From assembly GCA_045650235.1 (NCBI GenBank), contig JAZRQX010000023.1:9244-73243 (forward strand): DNA of 64,000 nucleotides, written 5' to 3'. The notes beneath the pieces are model-generated. The model was not told the origin of the DNA. It was given only the letters and a program-made list of their open reading frames with translations, and did no database searches. This DNA is from Alistipes sp. Its GTDB lineage: Bacteria > Bacteroidota > Bacteroidia > Bacteroidales > Rikenellaceae. The first letter of the stretch is position 1, and every line of letters starts with the position of its first letter. The translations under genes and the position numbers were made by a program. This document shows positions 60,572-64,000 of the stretch, one piece after another.

Positions 60572-61513
60572 CTAAAAGATGCCGTCCAATTTCATTTCTG
60601 AGGGGTTATTTAATCTCAACTCCTCCTCTATACTCTTGGTGTATATTTGGCTTGTGGCAGGGCTACTATGTCGGAGTACACTCTGAACATCGGCTAAGGA
60701 GCCATTCTTGAGTAGTAACACGGCTGTCGTGTGACGAAGGCTATGAGCCGTGTACTCCTTGCCGTCAATACCGATTGCACGGAATCCCTCCTTGCATATC
60801 TTGCTGATGGAGCGTGTGGTTAGCCTACCTTTCAAGTTGCGATTTGAGGTTGAGATAAACAATGGCTCTTTGAGTGTTGTGGTACCTCGTGTGTCAAGGT
60901 AAGCCTTGATTGGAGCATAAGCCTTATCAGTGAGCACCACAAAGGCATCCTTCTCGTCACGACCCTTACCCCATATTTTTAGGATTCTTTGACCTCCCTT
61001 GAATGTAATATCCTCCACATTAGCCCTGACAACCTCGATACAACGGAGACCTGTACGGAGTAGCAAGTTTACGATGGCATAGTCTCGTGGATTACCCTCA
61101 AAGTGTTGGAGCAGTTGGTGAATCTGATTCTCCCGTAGGTGCTCTTTGAGATAGGCGTTCTTGCGCTTCGGAGATTTAATACCCTTAGCAATGTTTGGAT
61201 AGAGTTTATTCCCCTCGCACCACTCGTAGAATCTACGCAACGCTACCAAATATCCCGCTACGGATAGATTGCTATGGGTTGCCAATAAAGAATCCTTAAA
61301 TGCAATGATGTCGGCACGGGTCAGTTCACTAATCCCCCTTCCCGTTTGCTCCACCCACCCGAAAAAGTATAGCAACCCTCTTCGGTACACATTTTTAGAA
61401 TTTGCTCGGATGTCGCACTCTGATAAAAATGCCTCAACCGCCTCAACGATTGATACATTCTTATTCACTACGGGAACACAACCCTCAACCTTAACAATAC
61501 CTTCCATATACAT
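60572..61513 (-). CDS. XerC/D-like tyrosine recombinase
   Basis: SAM-like N-terminus; TGLRCIE, GKG, HSLRHT, LRH, QIYT. Confidence 0.92.
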   Translation of the reverse strand: MYMEGIVKVEGCVPVVNKNVSIVEAVEAFLSECDIRANSKNVYRRGLLYFFGWVEQTGRGISELTRADIIAFKDSLLATHSNLSVAGYLVALRRFYEWCEGNKLYPNIAKGIKSPKRKNAYLKEHLRENQIHQLLQHFEGNPRDYAIVNLLLRTGLRCIEVVRANVEDITFKGGQRILKIWGKGRDEKDAFVVLTDKAYAPIKAYLDTRGTTTLKEPLFISTSNRNLKGRLTTRSISKICKEGFRAIGIDGKEYTAHSLRHTTAVLLLKNGSLADVQSVLRHSSPATSQIYTKSIEEELRLNNPSEMKLDGIF

Positions 61514-61518
61514 ATATA

Positions 61519-61794
61519 TTATTTAGTTTCGACCATTCCGTCTATAACATTCACCAAGCAGTCGAGATATACATCACTCTCCTGCTGCTTGATGCTTCCA
61601 TCCTCATTCAGGGTGTTCACAACAAACAGGTCTGCACCCTCATCGTATAGTACCTCGACATCGCCCTGATGCAGATAGCCATTCACCTTGAATCGGATTC
61701 CGTCACCGATAGAATAAGCCCCGTGAAATCCCCACGAAAAGACCACAATCGGCTGAGTTCTAAAGATACTGAGTATATATTTCGCCATTTCCAT
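61519..61794 (-). CDS. Hypothetical protein, 91 aa
   Basis: Co-oriented; ends 5 nt before the recombinase ORF. Confidence 0.75.
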   Translation of the reverse strand: MEMAKYILSIFRTQPIVVFSWGFHGAYSIGDGIRFKVNGYLHQGDVEVLYDEGADLFVVNTLNEDGSIKQQESDVYLDCLVNVIDGMVETK

Positions 61795-61837
61795 AACTGA
61801 GGGTGTTTGTGGGAGGGTTGCCCCTCCCTGTTAGACT

Positions 61838-62179
61838 TTAAGATAAAACTGCTATCAAATTAGCCCATCTGAAACTGCGTGGTGCACCTTTGAGCACATC
61901 GTGGTAATAGCAGCATCCCCACTCCTCAGGGCTTCTGCCTGTACCCTTCAATGTGGCTGCTCTCACCACCTTATCCAAAGTTCCTACTGCGTGGCGTATA
62001 GAACCATCAGCCTTTTTGTAGATAAAGGAGCAACACCCCTCTCTCATCTGTCGTTTTGCCTCCTCAATAAGCATTGCGATTGAAACACCCTTCAATGCTG
62101 AACCTGTTGTGTGAGTGATGCTTGCGATGTGTGCTGCTACAAGTGCATCGTTTGTTGCTGTCATAATCATCTGTGCCAT
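61838..62179 (-). CDS. WYL_2/DUF2693-like SH3 beta-barrel protein
   Basis: G..SFIYKKADGSIR.A.GTL...YHD....RSFRW; aligns by eye to 27053-27382. Confidence 0.78.
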   Translation of the reverse strand: MAQMIMTATNDALVAAHIASITHTTGSALKGVSIAMLIEEAKRQMREGCCSFIYKKADGSIRHAVGTLDKVVRAATLKGTGRSPEEWGCCYYHDVLKGAPRSFRWANLIAVLS

Positions 62180-62211
62180 ATCTGTAAGATTTTTTATTAC
62201 ACCGTTACTTT

Positions 62212-62406
62212 TTAATAACTTCTTCTAATCTGTTTTGGCTCTCCCCAACCGTTGAGTCGGTAAACCTCTCTTACTGCCTCCTCGTAAGAAAACACATCTT
62301 TGATAAATCGTGCAGATGAGCCTGTTTCACTTACATAGTCATACTGCCATATTCCCCAATTGTTTCTGTGGCGACCAAACTTATATTTTCCAACTTCTGC
62401 CTTCAT
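62212..62406 (-). CDS. 64-aa protein (WGIW family)
   Basis: KYKFG....WGIW...EVYRLNGWGEP; TATATTTG box at 62428-62435. Confidence 0.8.
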   Translation of the reverse strand: MKAEVGKYKFGRHRNNWGIWQYDYVSETGSSARFIKDVFSYEEAVREVYRLNGWGEPKQIRRSY

Positions 62407-62534
62407 TGTTATCTCCTTTTCTTGATACAAATATATGACTTTATTTTAACATAAGCAAGTTTTTGAAAATATTTTTATTGCTTTTTTGAAAAAATAGCCA
62501 CTTTTTTATAACTTTGAAAGAAATTGTATATACT

Positions 62535-62765
62535 ATGGATAAAATTAAGCAACAAAGAACTGTTGTACATCTCGAATTAGAGGGAGGTCGCCACTATTAT
62601 TTTGGTAATCTGAAGGCTCTGTGTGATAATTTTGACAAAGAGATAATCGGAGTAGGACACGCATATCTGAAGAACTATGGTATTTCAGAAGATAACCCAT
62701 TTCGCAACAAGCATTGTATTATCAGGAAGGGCATATTATTAACGAGTCCGAAGAAGATGGAATAA
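62535..62765 (+). CDS. Small hypothetical protein, divergent from the WGIW operon
   Basis: TTTG-N20-TAACTTTG promoter at 62485-62516 supports the ATG at 62535. Confidence 0.75.
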   Translation: MDKIKQQRTVVHLELEGGRHYYFGNLKALCDNFDKEIIGVGHAYLKNYGISEDNPFRNKHCIIRKGILLTSPKKME

Positions 62766-62778
62766 CTCATAATAAAGG

Positions 62779-62877
62779 GATGTACACGCCAAACTGATGA
62801 AACAGATTGAGCAGTTGGAACGCAAGGCTCATACCGAGAAACAACCTCGCAAGAAGTTGGAACTATTTGAGAACTGA
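62779..62877 (+). pseudogene. Fragment resembling a DUF4391 C-terminus
   Basis: Reads DVHAKLMKQIEQLERKAHTEKQPRKKLELFEN*. Confidence 0.45.
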
Positions 62878-62894
62878 AGTAATTATAAAAATGT

Positions 62895-63332
62895 ATGCAG
62901 AGATTTGAAATAACAGAATATGATATAAACCAAGTGCTGAATGATAAACTGCCAATAGATTATTGGTATTTTAAATTAGGTGTTGGTTATGTATATGAAT
63001 TTACGCCTGATGGCATTCATTTCAGAATGCCATATGAAAAGATTGGTCCTGGCTTTTGGGCCGAAATAGAAGCGACTATTCATCATTTTATATGTTGTAA
63101 TGGTTCACCTCGTCCTTGGGTTGAAGAACTGATATCAGGAGAAATACGCAATACAATTGTAGGTATTGTGTCTGCTATAACAGCAAAATTTGATATCGGG
63201 ATGGGAATTGCCGTCCCAATCGCTGCGCTTATACTAAAAAGGGGTATTGCTAATTATTGTGTTTACCAACCGCAAGGGAATACCAATGTGGATATTAAAT
63301 CCTTTGTAGAGAATGACGAATTAAAATATTAG
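62895..63332 (+). CDS. Hypothetical protein, 145 aa
   Basis: Co-oriented cargo ORF with a hydrophobic helical C-terminal part. Confidence 0.7.
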   Translation: MQRFEITEYDINQVLNDKLPIDYWYFKLGVGYVYEFTPDGIHFRMPYEKIGPGFWAEIEATIHHFICCNGSPRPWVEELISGEIRNTIVGIVSAITAKFDIGMGIAVPIAALILKRGIANYCVYQPQGNTNVDIKSFVENDELKY

Positions 63333-63338
63333 ATAGAT

Positions 63339-63680
63339 ATGGACCTAAAAGAATTTACCAAACAAACATTGGTGCAAATTGTAGAAGGTGTGGCCGAAGC
63401 TGATTCGCAATTATCCGAAGTAGGTTCATTTGTCCCTATTACAAATTTTGGGAATACTACTGCAACATTCGCACGTGATAATAATGGAACACCTAGGCTT
63501 GTTATCAATATTGATTTTGACGTTGCTATAACAGCCATCGAAACAGAGGGTGTTAATGGTGGAGGAGGATTAAAAGTTGCTGGATTCTTCAATGCAAGTA
63601 GTAGCGCCGAAAGTAAAACAGAAAACCAAACCATAAGTAGAATTAAATACACTTTGCCATTGGTTTTGGCTAAAAAGTAA
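63339..63680 (+). CDS. Trypco2-like protein
   Basis: MDLKEF...L.QIVEGV; IDFDVAIT; GGGLKV; SRIKYTLP. Confidence 0.6.
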   Translation: MDLKEFTKQTLVQIVEGVAEADSQLSEVGSFVPITNFGNTTATFARDNNGTPRLVINIDFDVAITAIETEGVNGGGGLKVAGFFNASSSAESKTENQTISRIKYTLPLVLAKK

Positions 63681-63693
63681 AAGTCAGATAGCA

Positions 63694-64000
63694 ATGACTA
63701 ATAAAGTTGATATAAAGGAAAACGATATTCTTGAACTTGACAAAGCTTTATTGCCTTTGTTATTAAAAGACAATAGCTCAAAAGAGAATATAATTTGGGC
63801 TACGGATAACTATGCTCATTTAGGGGAAGGTTATCAGTCGCAACAACAAATTAAGGAGTCTTTGATTACGGGTGATAATGGAATGGTAATCCGTCCTCGT
63901 GTTTCAAAGACTAAAGAAGAGCAATTATCGAGAGTAAGAGAAAAGGCAGAGGTATTTACTCCATCTTGGGTTTGTAATGCGCAAAACAACCTTGTAGATG
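63694..64000 (+). CDS. Restriction-modification methyltransferase-like subunit (3' truncated)
   Basis: MTNKVDIKE...LLKD.S...NIIWATDNY...IRPRV.K...KAEVFTPSWVCNAQNNLVD. Confidence 0.7.
   Translation, partial: MTNKVDIKENDILELDKALLPLLLKDNSSKENIIWATDNYAHLGEGYQSQQQIKESLITGDNGMVIRPRVSKTKEEQLSRVREKAEVFTPSWVCNAQNNLVD

Larger units (their letters stand above)
58991..64000. mobile_element. Second integrative element (right end outside the window)
   Basis: GC drop; arm-type integrase; TGGCTAAGAAA twice at 59135-59157; second recombinase; R-M-like cargo. Confidence 0.85.

Noticed and set aside
1-64000. CRISPR array, reverse transcriptase (DGR/retron), rRNA or intact tRNA
   Set aside because: No repeat-spacer periodicity, RT motifs or full cloverleaf seen by eye

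Overview
GC-rich Bacteroidota chromosome segment, probably Rikenellaceae/Alistipes-like (inferred from TAnnTTTG promoters and gene content). It carries housekeeping genes (ugd, pgk, nth, uvrD/pcrA, guaA, guaB, leuS, proS, queD, polA), surface and hydrolase genes, and an SDR resembling bile-acid 12-alpha-HSDH. Two AT-rich integrative elements interrupt it. Element 1 is a complete ~7.9 kb island in the 3' end of guaA (16-bp att repeat at 23458/31319). It encodes an arm-type integrase, a Rep_trans-like protein, an XRE regulator, a second small tyrosine recombinase and two pilin-like lipoproteins behind a structured leader. Element 2 starts at ~58990 at a tRNA-like 3' fragment, runs off the window and carries R-M/Trypco2-like cargo. 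The main finding is that these two otherwise dissimilar elements share one operon: small WGIW protein -> WYL_2/SH3 beta-barrel protein -> second tyrosine recombinase. A conserved 26-nt palindromic site sits at the WYL_2 start in both. Also present are a candidate sRNA, several structured intergenic elements and dispersed repeat families. All family calls come from motif recognition; no searches were run.
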